A stretch of 64,000 nucleotides of DNA from Thermoplasmata archaeon (GTDB lineage Archaea > Thermoplasmatota > Thermoplasmata > Lutacidiplasmatales > UBA184). Made by a program: the position numbers and the translations under genes. Of this stretch, positions 1 through 9,393 are shown piece by piece. The notes beneath the pieces were generated by a model that was given only the letters and a program-made list of their open reading frames with translations, was not told where the DNA came from and searched no databases. Numbering within the stretch: the first letter of the stretch is position 1; each line of letters begins with the position of its first letter. The DNA lies in assembly GCA_022750335.1 (NCBI GenBank), contig JAKIVX010000008.1:785-64784 (forward strand). Reading direction: 5' to 3'.

Positions 1-1
1 G

Positions 2-688
2 GTCGGCGCGATCCTCTACATCCTCGCCGGCAACAAGCTGTGGGCGATGCTCCTCATCGCGTCCGCGATCGGCTTCGACGGCCTCGACGGGATCTTCTCC
101 CGTCGCAGCGCGAGCCCGGGGACCGCTTTCGGTCGGATCGCCGACTCCGTCGCCGACGCGATCACGTTCGGGGCCGCGCCGGCGTTCCTCATCGCCGTCC
201 ACACCTCGGACTCGTCGGCGTGGGAACCGTACGCGACCCTGGCGCTCATCCTCGCGGCCGCGTACCTGGCCGCCGCGGTCGGGCGGCTCGTCTACTTCAC
301 CGCCCGGGCCTACCAGCGCACCGATTTTCTCGGCGTCCCCACCCCGCAGAGCGCGCTCGCCGTGATCGTGGCCGTGCTGTTCCACGATACGCCGGCGTTC
401 CAGACCGTCCAGCCCGTCGGCCTTCTGATCGGGGTCGCGGCCCTGGCGCTGCTCATGGTCCTGCCGATCCCCTACCCCAAGATCAAACGGGGATCGCCCC
501 TCCGATGGCCGATGGCGGTGACCGCGGTGGCCGCCGGGGTGTCCCTCCTGTTGCTGCAGTTCCAGCTCGCGGAGGGAAGCGGGGCCTACGGGGTCGCCCT
601 CGCGGCCTCGTACGTCCTGCTCATCGGGGTCGCCAGCTACTACGTGCTGGGACCCTTCACCGTAAAGCGCCCGGCGGTGGGGAGCTGA
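2..688 (+). CDS. CDP-alcohol phosphatidyltransferase family protein (lipid head-group transferase), 5' end cut by the window edge
   Basis: The frame stays open to nt 2. The signature D-G-x2-S-R-x8-G-x3-D-x3-D is visible as FDGLDGIFSRRSASPGTAFGRIADSVADAITF and is followed by several hydrophobic helices. Confidence 0.8.
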   Translation, partial: VGAILYILAGNKLWAMLLIASAIGFDGLDGIFSRRSASPGTAFGRIADSVADAITFGAAPAFLIAVHTSDSSAWEPYATLALILAAAYLAAAVGRLVYFTARAYQRTDFLGVPTPQSALAVIVAVLFHDTPAFQTVQPVGLLIGVAALALLMVLPIPYPKIKRGSPLRWPMAVTAVAAGVSLLLLQFQLAEGSGAYGVALAASYVLLIGVASYYVLGPFTVKRPAVGS

Positions 689-695
689 GAAGGTC

Positions 696-1103
696 ATGCC
701 GCGTACGTCCATCCATCGGGCCGCGTTGACCCCGCGCGAAGCGCTCCTGTTCGAGGCCGGCATCAAGCTCGGAGGGATCTTCCACCAGTACCTCGGTGTT
801 CCCGTCTCGTCGCGGACGGCCGCCGGGCTCGCCCGGACGATCGAGCGCGCGGTCGCGCTCCAGCCGTTCGTCGTCGACGTGCGAGTGCGGGTCCATCCGG
901 AGCGCGGAGGTCCCCTCGGACGCGGCCGCTTCGCCTACCGCTACCTCACGGCCGAGATGTTGGACGTTCGCGTCCGTCTCTCCGACCGGGGGATCGAGGT
1001 CGAGGGACGCCTCGCCCACCGGGCCGACCTCCGCTACCCATTGATGAGCATCGCTTCGGTTCGGCCCGTCCAGTCGCGGCGGCGGCCGACGCGGACGGCC
1101 TAG
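696..1103 (+). CDS. Small protein resembling the archaeal MptD-type dihydroneopterin aldolase family
   Basis: 135 aa, starting 8 nt after the upstream gene. The N-terminal LFEAGIKLGGIFHQYLGVPVS segment matches my recollection of MptD-like proteins. The assignment is from memory only. Confidence 0.45.
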   Translation: MPRTSIHRAALTPREALLFEAGIKLGGIFHQYLGVPVSSRTAAGLARTIERAVALQPFVVDVRVRVHPERGGPLGRGRFAYRYLTAEMLDVRVRLSDRGIEVEGRLAHRADLRYPLMSIASVRPVQSRRRPTRTA

Positions 1104-2233
1104 TTCCGTCCGGCGATCGGGACGTAGGGAAGGTCGGTCGGTCCGATGTACTTGGCCGTCGGCCGGATGAGCCGGAGGTCTTGGTACTCCTCGAGGACGT
1201 GCGCGGTCCATCCCGCGACTCGACTGGCGGCGAAGACGGGCGTGAACAGGTCGTGCGGGATTCCCATGAACGTGTAGACCGACCCCGAGTAGAGGTCCAC
1301 GTTGGGGTAGAGGCCCTTCTCGCGATGAACGACCTCCTCGACCTTGCGAAGGAGCTCGTAGTAGTGGAGGTCGCCCTTGGATTCGCCGATCCGTCGCGAC
1401 CACTCGCGCAGGATCGTCGCGCGCGGGTCCTCGACCTTGTAGACGCGGTGGCCGAACCCCATGATCCGCTCGTGGCGGGCGAGTTTCGATTTCACGACCT
1501 CTTCCGCGCGTTCCGGAGTGCCGATCTCGTCCAGGAGCTCCATTACGCGCTCGTTGGCGCCCCCGTGGAGCGGCCCCTTGAGGGTCCCGACCGCGCTCGT
1601 CACAGCGCTGTAGAGGTCGCTCAGGGTCGACGCGGTCACCCGCGCCGCGAACGTGGAGGCGTTCAGCTCGTGGTCGGCGTGGAGGATCAGCGCGACGTCG
1701 AGCGCCCGTCCTTCGAGCTCGCTCGGGTCCCGGTTGAGGAGGGCGTACAGAAGATAGCTCGCATGCGAGAGGTCGGGGCGCGTCGTGAGGGGTGGAAGTC
1801 CGGCCCGGCGGCGATGGAATTGGCCCAGGATCGAAGGGAGCACGGCGGTCAGCCGCTGCGCGCCGCCGATCGAGCTCGGGCCCGGCCGGGTCTCCTCCGG
1901 TTCGAAGAGCGCGAGCTCGCTCACCGCGGTCCGCAGCACATCCATCGGGGTGGCCGTGGCGGGCATCGAGTCGATCCGTTCCGCCATCGCCGCCGGGAGC
2001 TGCCGGAGTTCGACGAGGCGCGCCCGGAGCGCCGCGAGCTGGTCGCCGGTCGGGAGCCGTCCGTACCAGAGCAGGTAGGCGACCTCTTCGAAATTGGACT
2101 TCGAGGCGAGGTCCCGGATGTCGTACCCGTCATAGATGAGTCGCCCCTGATGCCCATCAATGAAGCAGATGCGGGATTCGAGGGCGACAACGTCCTGCAG
2201 CCCGTGCTGCACCTCCGGAGATGACTCCACCAT
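1100..2233 (-). CDS. gltA: Citrate synthase
   Basis: 377 aa with citrate synthase motifs LILHADHELNASTF and MGFGHRVYKVEDPR. The N-terminal LIYDGYDIRDLA is typical of the family. Confidence 0.92.
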   Translation of the reverse strand: MVESSPEVQHGLQDVVALESRICFIDGHQGRLIYDGYDIRDLASKSNFEEVAYLLWYGRLPTGDQLAALRARLVELRQLPAAMAERIDSMPATATPMDVLRTAVSELALFEPEETRPGPSSIGGAQRLTAVLPSILGQFHRRRAGLPPLTTRPDLSHASYLLYALLNRDPSELEGRALDVALILHADHELNASTFAARVTASTLSDLYSAVTSAVGTLKGPLHGGANERVMELLDEIGTPERAEEVVKSKLARHERIMGFGHRVYKVEDPRATILREWSRRIGESKGDLHYYELLRKVEEVVHREKGLYPNVDLYSGSVYTFMGIPHDLFTPVFAASRVAGWTAHVLEEYQDLRLIRPTAKYIGPTDLPYVPIAGRN

Positions 2234-2269
2234 CGACGTGCTACCGGGGAGTGCGAGGACGACGGACGG

Positions 2270-3673
2270 TTAATGACTTTTCGCGGCCACGACGACCTCG
2301 GAGGCCCGGCGCGCCCCGACGGTCGGCGGTGGAGGTGGGGCACCCCCACCGTGCTTCCGACGAAGGTAGGCGACCGAAGCGGCGGTCCATAGCGGTAGCG
2401 AGGTGAGCAGCGCACCGGCAGAGACAAGGAATACGAGACGGTAGCTTCCGAACTCGGCCAGGACGGCGGAAAGGCCGGCACCCGTGACCGCCGCGACCCC
2501 CCCGAGGGCGCTGTTCACCCCGAGCAGACTGCCCGCGTCCCGGCCCTCGAGCCCCCGGAACAGCATGAGGGAGCTCGCGGTCGTGTACACCGCAATCGCC
2601 CCGCCGAGGATCCCGAATACGATCAGGTTCTCCGTGAAAGCTCCGGTCCGCGCCACGACGAAGAACGTGAAGCCGGCGGTCGTGAGGTACCCGAGAGAAC
2701 GTAGGTAGGTCGCCCGTTGGACCAACCGGTCCGAGCCGAACCGGCCCACCAGGCCTCCGGATACCGGGAACACCAGCATCTGTACGAAGTTGTTCGAGAA
2801 GTTCACGAGGAAGATCGATGAGGCCGCGAGGCCGACCGAGACGAGGTAGGGCGTGTAGGTGATGTTGAAGAGGTTCGCCGACAGGCTGAACAGGAAGGTC
2901 GCCGCGAACACGAGCGGGAGCTCGTGGTGGAGCTCCTCCTTGGCCCAGGTCCGGAACCGTCGGACCGCTCCGGCCCGGAGATCCGGCCGGCGGGGAAAGA
3001 AGGGGATGGAGATCTGGAACGATGTGGAGACCCGGATCCGCGAGAACAAGCTCTCCGGATGGTGCGCGACCTGGGCCGTGGTGAACGATCGGGGGGGGTC
3101 CTTCACGCCGAACCAGATCGCGACGGCACTGACCGCGGCCAGGAGGGCCAGCACGAAGAGGAGGGAAAGCAAGGCGTCGTTCGCCAGGGTCCAGAAGTAC
3201 CCGATCACGAGGCCGAGCACGGAGCCGATCATGCTCATCTCCTGGAAGGACGCGAATGCGTTCGCCCGCTCCTTCTCAGTGAATTTTTCCAGGATGAGCA
3301 GGTTGGAGGCGCTCGCGCCGGCCGGGGCGATGAGCCCGATGACCGTGTAGATCGCGTAGAGTGCGAGGAGGGAGTGGAGGTATCCGAGGGTGAGGTAGAG
3401 GAGCGCGTACCCTCCGAAGTTCACGACCAGGAACAATCGTCGGAGCGGGTAGCGGTCGGAAAGGTGCCCCCACGCGACGGAGGACAGGATGACCGCCGAG
3501 TTGAACAGGGTCGCCGCGACGGCCACATCCGCCCAGCTTCCGTGCAGGACGATGAGAATGAGCAGAGGGAGGACCACGCCGAACCCGGAGGTGGCCGCGT
3601 TGATGGGCATGAAGCCCAGCAGCCAAGGCCGCGCGATGAGGCGACGCGGCCACGTCCGCAGCGAAAGGACCAT
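2270..3673 (-). CDS. MFS transporter
   Basis: 467 aa with about 12 hydrophobic segments. An MFS motif-A-like GHLSDRYPLRRL follows the second helix. Confidence 0.8.
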   Translation of the reverse strand: MVLSLRTWPRRLIARPWLLGFMPINAATSGFGVVLPLLILIVLHGSWADVAVAATLFNSAVILSSVAWGHLSDRYPLRRLFLVVNFGGYALLYLTLGYLHSLLALYAIYTVIGLIAPAGASASNLLILEKFTEKERANAFASFQEMSMIGSVLGLVIGYFWTLANDALLSLLFVLALLAAVSAVAIWFGVKDPPRSFTTAQVAHHPESLFSRIRVSTSFQISIPFFPRRPDLRAGAVRRFRTWAKEELHHELPLVFAATFLFSLSANLFNITYTPYLVSVGLAASSIFLVNFSNNFVQMLVFPVSGGLVGRFGSDRLVQRATYLRSLGYLTTAGFTFFVVARTGAFTENLIVFGILGGAIAVYTTASSLMLFRGLEGRDAGSLLGVNSALGGVAAVTGAGLSAVLAEFGSYRLVFLVSAGALLTSLPLWTAASVAYLRRKHGGGAPPPPPTVGARRASEVVVAAKSH

Positions 3674-3780
3674 CGTTCGAGGGGGCGTCTAAAAGCTGGG
3701 TCTTAAAATGGGGTCGACTCGACTGGCGGAGCACACGGACCCTCAGGGCAGGGGCCCCTCCACCCCCTGTCAGACAACTC

Positions 3781-3786
3781 TTATAA
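3781..3786 (+). promoter_or_regulatory. TATA-like box (TTATAA) for the RAM-domain gene
   Basis: An AT island in GC-rich DNA, about 45 nt upstream of GTG 3828. It lies inside the longer ORF-track prediction (3708 start), which argues for the shorter gene. Confidence 0.35.
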
Positions 3787-3827
3787 GGGAAGGCGGTTCC
3801 TCGACTCCTCCAGAGGCGATTTCAGGC

Positions 3828-4061
3828 GTGGCGATAGGTTTTGTCCTGATCAGCACGGCCCCGGCGAAGGAGCACGAGGTGTACACCGAGCTCCTGCGCG
3901 TGAAGGGGATCGTCGAACTGCACCCCCTCTTCGGCGAGTACGACCTGATCGCCAAGGTCGAGGCCGAAGACTTCAACGCGCTCGGTCAGCTCGTCGTGGA
4001 CAAGATCCGCTCCGTCCCGGGTGTGATCGACACGAAGACGCTCACTGGAATCAAATTCTGA
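3828..4061 (+). CDS. Stand-alone Lrp/AsnC-type ligand-binding (RAM) domain protein
   Basis: GTG 3828 is in frame with ORF 3708..4061. The 77-aa product AIGFVLISTAPAKEHEVYTELLRVKGIVELHPLFGEYDLIAKVEAEDFNALGQLVVDKIRSVPGVIDTKTL matches the small RAM-domain protein pattern. Confidence 0.7.
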   Translation: MAIGFVLISTAPAKEHEVYTELLRVKGIVELHPLFGEYDLIAKVEAEDFNALGQLVVDKIRSVPGVIDTKTLTGIKF

Positions 4062-4071
4062 AAGGTCACAC

Positions 4072-4401
4072 ATGTTCGATCTGATCGGTACGTCAGTGCA
4101 AATTGGCCTGTGGCAGTTCCTTGCGATCCTGCTACTGGTGTTCGGACTGTTCCTCATCCTCGCGGGGATCTTCACGGCCTACTTCGGAAGCGGAAAGAGC
4201 CGGACGATCGGGATCGCTCTGCTGGTGGTCGGACTCGTGGTGGGCCTCTTGGTCGGGTATCTCTACTCGGCGGGGGACTTTGGCGCCTCGGCGCACCACC
4301 TCGAGGACCTCGTCCTCGGGTCGTTCCTGGTCATCCTCGCGGCCGTCATTGGCGCCGTGATCGCTATCGGGATCTTCCTGGTCGCGATCATGAAGTCCTA
4401 G
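4072..4401 (+). CDS. Small integral membrane protein (about 4 TM helices), function unknown
   Basis: 109 aa, almost entirely hydrophobic helices, GC3-rich codons, starting 10 nt after the upstream gene. Confidence 0.6.
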   Translation: MFDLIGTSVQIGLWQFLAILLLVFGLFLILAGIFTAYFGSGKSRTIGIALLVVGLVVGLLVGYLYSAGDFGASAHHLEDLVLGSFLVILAAVIGAVIAIGIFLVAIMKS

Positions 4402-4417
4402 ACCGCGGTCGAAGGCC

Positions 4418-5296
4418 GTGGCCCCCCGGATCGCGGGGCAGCGTCGGTCGCCCGGACTGGTCACCCTGACCTCGGACCTGGGTTGGGTCTATGCCGCCCA
4501 GGTGAAGGGCGCCCTTCTTCGGGCGGCCCCGACCGTCCCACTGGTCGACCTGACCCATGATCTCCCGCGGCACCGAATTCCCGAGGCGGCGTTCGTCTTC
4601 CGAGCGATGGCCTCGAGCTTCCCGCCCGGCACCACGCACGTCGCCGTCGTCGACCCCGGCGTAGGTGGGTCCCGCGCCGCGATCGCCATTCGGTGTGGGG
4701 AGGGCTCGGTTCTCGTGGGCCCCGATAATGGGGTGCTGGCTCCGCTCGCTCGGGCGCTCGGCCAACCCAAGGTGTACCGGCTCGACCCCCGCAGGTTCGC
4801 TCCCGAAGGACGGGTCGGAACCACCTTTGACGGCCGCGACCTCTTTGCCCCCGCGGCCGCCCGTATCGCCCTCGGCGTACCGCTGGGGCGTCTCGGAATC
4901 CGGACGCCGTTCCACGACCTCCGCTTGCCCGAGGCGAGCCGGTCCAGGTCGCGAGCCCAAGGGGAGGTCGTGCACGTCGATCACTTTGGGAACCTCATCA
5001 CGAACGTCCCGAGCGATTGGATCCCCGCGGCGGCGCTGGGGCTGTCGGCGGTCATCGGGAAGGGGCGTTCCGTCCGGACTCCCTGGGTCCGGTCTTACGA
5101 GGCGCTCGGCCGGGGGCGGCTCGGAGCCCTCGGCTCCAGTTTCGGGACCGCGGAAGTGTCCGTCGCGGAGGGAAGCGCTTCCCTGCGTCTGCGTGCCCGG
5201 ACCGGTACGCCGGTCGAATTCCGCTGGAGCGGAGGTGACGTCCCGGCGACTAACACGGTAAATAGCGGGCCGAACCTGCCGCGCCGACGCCGGTAG
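4418..5296 (+). CDS. SAM hydroxide adenosyltransferase / SAM hydrolase family (DUF62, fluorinase-chlorinase-like)
   Basis: The N-terminus VTLTSDLGWVYAAQVKGALL...LVDLTHDLP and the VAVVDPGVGG motif are characteristic of this family. Confidence 0.75.
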   Translation: MAPRIAGQRRSPGLVTLTSDLGWVYAAQVKGALLRAAPTVPLVDLTHDLPRHRIPEAAFVFRAMASSFPPGTTHVAVVDPGVGGSRAAIAIRCGEGSVLVGPDNGVLAPLARALGQPKVYRLDPRRFAPEGRVGTTFDGRDLFAPAAARIALGVPLGRLGIRTPFHDLRLPEASRSRSRAQGEVVHVDHFGNLITNVPSDWIPAAALGLSAVIGKGRSVRTPWVRSYEALGRGRLGALGSSFGTAEVSVAEGSASLRLRARTGTPVEFRWSGGDVPATNTVNSGPNLPRRRR

Positions 5297-5321
5297 CCGT
5301 CGCTCCTCGGTCGTCTCCCGC

Positions 5322-6470
5322 ATGGCGAAGAAAGACTACTACGAGGTCCTGGGTCTCGCGAAGACCGCGTCCCCGGACGACATCAAGTCGGCCTACCGCC
5401 GCCTCGCGCGGCAGTACCATCCCGATGTCGCCAAGGACAATCCGAAGGTCGCCGAGGAACGGTTCAAAGAGATCTCGGAAGCCTACGAGGTCCTCGCCAA
5501 CCCTGACACGCGGACACGGTACGACCAACGGGGATTCGAGGCGGTCGAGCCCAACTTCGGTCCGGGAGGCTTCGGCTGGCAGAACTTCACGCACCAGGGG
5601 GACCTTGAGGATCTCCTCTCCTCGAACCCATTCTTCCAGCAGCTCTTCGGAAACTACGGCGGGTCCTTTGGTGGTGGGCGGACTTCGCGCCTCTCCCGAG
5701 GCAGCGACGTCGAAGTGACGGTCCGACTCCCCCTCACCGCCGCGATCCACGGAGGGAAACCCCAGGTCACGGTCCCCCGGAGCGACGTGTGCCCCGACTG
5801 CCACGGGAACGGCGCCAAGGACGGAACGGCCATCGAGACGTGCCCCGAGTGCCACGGCAGCGGGCAAGTCCGTCGGATCCAGAACCGGGGCCACACCCAG
5901 TTGATCTCGATCGGCGAGTGCCCCCGATGCCGGGGGACGGGACAGCGGATCCTCGAACGGTGTCCGACGTGCCATGGAAGCGGCCGGTTGAACTCGACCG
6001 AGCACATCGAAGTCACGGTGCCTCCCGGGATGGAGGACGGGGGAGTGCTGCGGGTCGGCGGTCACGGGCTCCAAGGCGACGAGGGTGCTCCGTCCGGCGA
6101 CCTGTATGTGCACGTGGTGTTCGAACCTTCCGAGCACATCCATCGCGAGGGGGAGACGGCGTACGGCGAAGCGACCGTTCCCCTCGGGATCGCCGTGCTC
6201 GGTGGGGAGGTCACCGTGGACACGGTCGACGGGCACGCGGCCCTCAAGATCCCGGCGGGGACCCAACCGGAGACCCAGTTCCGACTCCGTGGAAACGGCT
6301 TCCCCCGCCTGGGAAGGTCGGTGCGAGGCGACCTCATCGTGACGGTCCACGTGGAGATACCCCACTCCCTCTCGGGACGGGAAAAAGAACTCCTGCGGGA
6401 GGCGCTTTCACCCGGCGCACCCTCCGTCGGGGCCAAGAGGGAATCGCTCTTCCGGCGGCGCGCCCCGTGA
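5322..6470 (+). CDS. dnaJ: Molecular chaperone DnaJ
   Basis: J domain with YHPDVAKD (HPD motif), a G/F-rich linker, and four CxxCxGxG repeats (CPDCHGNG, CPECHGSG, CPRCRGTG, CPTCHGSG). Confidence 0.95.
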   Translation: MAKKDYYEVLGLAKTASPDDIKSAYRRLARQYHPDVAKDNPKVAEERFKEISEAYEVLANPDTRTRYDQRGFEAVEPNFGPGGFGWQNFTHQGDLEDLLSSNPFFQQLFGNYGGSFGGGRTSRLSRGSDVEVTVRLPLTAAIHGGKPQVTVPRSDVCPDCHGNGAKDGTAIETCPECHGSGQVRRIQNRGHTQLISIGECPRCRGTGQRILERCPTCHGSGRLNSTEHIEVTVPPGMEDGGVLRVGGHGLQGDEGAPSGDLYVHVVFEPSEHIHREGETAYGEATVPLGIAVLGGEVTVDTVDGHAALKIPAGTQPETQFRLRGNGFPRLGRSVRGDLIVTVHVEIPHSLSGREKELLREALSPGAPSVGAKRESLFRRRAP

Positions 6471-7117
6471 AAGAGGACGAGCCGGACGATCCGCCTTCGG
6501 CGGACCATTACTTCACCGAGCGGCCGCGATCGGCCTCCGCCCGTTCCGAACAGCGCTTCCTCTACCGGGGGGAGCTCCTGACCTTCGTCGTCGACCGAGG
6601 GGTGTTCGGCTCGCACGGCCTCGACCCTGGCACTTCGTTGCTCATCGAGAACCTCACGGTCGCCAAGACCGACCGCGTGTTGGACCTGGGGTGCGGTTGG
6701 GGAGCGGTGGGGATCGCGGCCGCGCGCTCCACCCGGGACGGAACGGTCGTCCTCACGGAGGTCAACCGCCGCGCCGCCCGCCTCGCCCGACTCAACCTCG
6801 AACGCAACCACGTGGAGAACGGCGAGGTCCGGGTGGGGGACCTCTTCGCGCCGGTCCCCGGAGAGCGGTTCGATCTCATTGCGACGAACCCGCCGTACCG
6901 CGCGGGGCGACCCCTCATCCTCGAACTGGTGACCGAGGCTCCGGACCACCTCACCCCTTCGGGCCGTCTCCTCATCGTGGGCAAGGGGACCCAGGGGATC
7001 CTGTACTACCAGAAATGGCTAGAAGAGCACTGGCCCGGGACGGTGGAGGTCCTCGGCCGTCGCTCGGGTTACCGGGTGCTCGAGGCGCGTCTCGACCCCA
7101 GTACACGAAAGAAGTAG
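6467..7117 (+). CDS. Class I SAM-dependent methyltransferase (RsmC/RlmG-like small-domain MTase)
   Basis: GTG 6467 overlaps the dnaJ stop (GTGA). Motif I is VLDLGCGWG and motif IV is TNPPY. The upstream part of ORF 5789..7117 is a shadow of dnaJ. Confidence 0.8.
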   Translation: MKEDEPDDPPSADHYFTERPRSASARSEQRFLYRGELLTFVVDRGVFGSHGLDPGTSLLIENLTVAKTDRVLDLGCGWGAVGIAAARSTRDGTVVLTEVNRRAARLARLNLERNHVENGEVRVGDLFAPVPGERFDLIATNPPYRAGRPLILELVTEAPDHLTPSGRLLIVGKGTQGILYYQKWLEEHWPGTVEVLGRRSGYRVLEARLDPSTRKK

Positions 7118-7791
7118 AGCCGCACGATGTGCCGGACGTAGGCCCGCATCGCCCCCGGACCGAGCTTGCTCCTTCCGGCCGAACGGGGCCGAAACGCGAT
7201 CGGGATCTCGACGATCGGCCGCGGCCGGCAGCGGACCATGATCTCGAGCCCGATCTTGAAACCGAGCGGAGAGAGGGGTGCGCGGTCGAGGATCGGACGG
7301 GAGAAGGCGAAAAAACCGGACATCGGGTCCGCGACCGACACGAGGGGCCGGGCGATCGCGGTCGCGATGCGAGAGACCCGACGCCGAGCCGGCGTGAGCC
7401 CGGGGGAGCTCCCTCCCGCAATGTACCGGCTGCCGAGGACGAACTCCGCACCTCCGTCGGAGATTGCCCGCACCAACGTCGGGATCGCGGTTGGAGGGTG
7501 GCTCCCGTCCGCATCCATCACGACAATGACGCGACCACGGGAGTGGGCGAAGCCGTCCAGGACCGCCGTGGCGAGCCCGAGCTTTCGACCACGGTTACGG
7601 ACGATGCACGTCACCGGCCCGGACAGCGTCTCGGCGTAGGCGGCCGTTCCGTCCGGCGAGCCGTCGTCCACCACCACCACCTCGCTCGCTATCCCGGAAA
7701 GCGCCGCGCACAGCTCGGGATAGAGAGTCTCGAGCGACTTCCGCTCGTTGAATGTGGGGAGGACGACCGAGACCAGCGGCTCGGTCGGCAC
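7069..7791 (-). CDS. GT2 glycosyltransferase, dolichyl/polyprenyl-phosphate mannose synthase-like
   Basis: VSVVLPTFNE, VVVDDGSPDGT and VVMDADGSH motifs; 240 aa. Confidence 0.85.
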   Translation of the reverse strand: MPTEPLVSVVLPTFNERKSLETLYPELCAALSGIASEVVVVDDGSPDGTAAYAETLSGPVTCIVRNRGRKLGLATAVLDGFAHSRGRVIVVMDADGSHPPTAIPTLVRAISDGGAEFVLGSRYIAGGSSPGLTPARRRVSRIATAIARPLVSVADPMSGFFAFSRPILDRAPLSPLGFKIGLEIMVRCRPRPIVEIPIAFRPRSAGRSKLGPGAMRAYVRHIVRLYFFRVLGSRRASSTR

Positions 7792-8018
7792 GCGCGCACC
7801 AACCCGGCGGGTTACATACAGCTTGGCGGAGGCCCCGAACCGGTCGGGCCAGCCGTTCGCTCCTCCAGGGCCCCCGTTCGCCCCGCGACCATCCGACGCA
7901 CCTCACCTTCCCGAAGCGCTTAAGAGGGGCGGCTTTCTCGGCGCCCGCACCCTCGAGCCGAGGGCCCGTCCGATGGCCGTGAGGCCGTCCGTGCACCCGG
8001 TTCCGGTACATCAGGAGA

Positions 8019-8795
8019 GTGAGTCCCGCGCCCAAAGATCCGAAGGACGCGAAGGCCGCACCGGCCGCGTCCGCCGCGCCTGCCGGGGATGCACCCCCGA
8101 GCGAAAAGGCCCCTAAGAAGGAGAAGGGGCCGAAGGGCCGGGATTCGAAGGACGGCAAGGATTCCAAGGACGGTAAGGAGTCGAAGACCAAGGGCAAAGG
8201 CCCCGGGTCCGGCAAGACTCCGAAGTTCGTCTCCGACAACCCCAATTTCCGCTACATCGTCCGGGTCGTGAACACCGACCTAGACGGAACGCGCCCCACC
8301 GCCCTCGCGCTCGCGGGCGTCAATGGCGTCGGTCTTCGCCTCGCCGAGGTCGCGTGCTTGCTCGCCAACGTACCGGCGGCGGAGCGGATCGGAAACCTCT
8401 CCGAGCAAACGGTCGAAGGCATCGAGGCGACCCTCGCTTCGCTCCCCACCAAGGTGCCCACCTGGATGGTCAACCACCGGCGCGAACCGATGATGGGCGA
8501 GACTCTGCACTACGTCGGCCCCGAGCTGACCACGCGCCGACGGGACGACATCAACCAGATGCGCATGGTCCGCAGTTACCGGGGCGTTCGCCATGAACGC
8601 GGGCAGAAGGTCCGAGGCCAACGCACCCGTTCGAACGGGCGGACGGGAATGGCCGCGGGCGTGCTGAAGAAGGATGCCAAGGCGGCCGCAGCGGCCGCGG
8701 GCAAGGAAGAGTCGGGCTCGCCGGGAGCGCCCGCGGCGGCGGCCGCACCGGCCGCCGCAGCCGCGCCCGCCGCGACCCCGGCCAAGAAGGCGTAA
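8019..8795 (+). CDS. rps13: 30S ribosomal protein uS13 with Lys-rich N-terminal and Ala-rich C-terminal extensions
   Basis: The core FRYIVRVVNTDLDGTRP...MVRSYRGVRHERGQKVRGQRTRSNGRTG is uS13. GTG 8019 is preceded by AGGAG (8013-8017). No other in-frame start exists before the conserved core. Confidence 0.9.
   Translation: MSPAPKDPKDAKAAPAASAAPAGDAPPSEKAPKKEKGPKGRDSKDGKDSKDGKESKTKGKGPGSGKTPKFVSDNPNFRYIVRVVNTDLDGTRPTALALAGVNGVGLRLAEVACLLANVPAAERIGNLSEQTVEGIEATLASLPTKVPTWMVNHRREPMMGETLHYVGPELTTRRRDDINQMRMVRSYRGVRHERGQKVRGQRTRSNGRTGMAAGVLKKDAKAAAAAAGKEESGSPGAPAAAAAPAAAAAPAATPAKKA
8142..8195 (+). repeat. In-frame 18-nt tandem repeat encoding DSKDGK-DSKDGK-ESKTKG inside the uS13 N-terminal extension
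   Basis: gattcgaaggacggcaag followed by gattccaaggacggtaag (16/18 identical) and then a degenerate third unit. Confidence 0.6.
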
Positions 8796-8799
8796 TTCG

Positions 8800-9390
8800 A
8801 TGGGCGATCCGAAATTCCTACGCCGAATGTACGACACGCCCAAGCACCCGTGGGAAGCCGGCCGCATGGACGAGGAGCGCAAGCTCCTCGAGAAGTACGG
8901 TCTCAAGAACAAGCGCGAGCTCTGGAAGGCCCAATCCACCCTTCGGGGTTTCCGTCGCCAGGCTCGGGACCTGCAAGCGCGCCTGAGGGCGGGCGAGCCC
9001 CAGGCCGAGCGCGAAACCGCGGGACTGATCGGTCGGTTGAGCCGTCTCGGAGTCCTCTCTCACTCCACCCCCTCGATCGACGATGTGTTGGCCCTCACGA
9101 CCGAGGACCTGTTGCGCCGTCGGTTCGAATGGGTCGTCTTTCATCGCGAACTCGCGCCCACTCCCAAAGGCGCCCGCCAATGGATCGTGCACGGACACTT
9201 CTCGATCGGGGACCATCGTGTCACGCGACCGGGCTATCTCGTCCCGGCTGCCGACGAAGTCAAGATCTCCTACACACCCACCAGTCCGCTTTCGGACGAC
9301 GACCACTCCCAGCGCAGCGCTCTTCGGGAGCGCCTCTCGGCGCGATCCTCGCCCGCCGAAGCCCCGCCTCCGCCGGCCCAGGAGGCCTAG
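8800..9390 (+). CDS. rps4: 30S ribosomal protein uS4
   Basis: ATG 8800 lies 5 nt after the rps13 stop. MGDPKFLRRMYDTPKHPWE is a typical archaeal S4 N-terminus. The upstream part of ORF 8674..9390 is Arg/Pro junk. Confidence 0.9.
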   Translation: MGDPKFLRRMYDTPKHPWEAGRMDEERKLLEKYGLKNKRELWKAQSTLRGFRRQARDLQARLRAGEPQAERETAGLIGRLSRLGVLSHSTPSIDDVLALTTEDLLRRRFEWVVFHRELAPTPKGARQWIVHGHFSIGDHRVTRPGYLVPAADEVKISYTPTSPLSDDDHSQRSALRERLSARSSPAEAPPPPAQEA

Positions 9391-9393
9391 GCG

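Noticed and set aside
5789-6466. N-terminal extensions of ORF-track entries that overlap upstream genes: 5789 for the methyltransferase, 8674 for rps4, 43316 for the ALDH, 16118 for the RHH protein, 29829/29861 for the two membrane proteins, 35453..36919 for kdpC, and 46933 for cdc6.
   Set aside because: The extended parts are Arg/Pro-rich and overlap well-supported genes in another frame. Internal starts with overlap coupling or an SD-like element give proteins of family-typical length.
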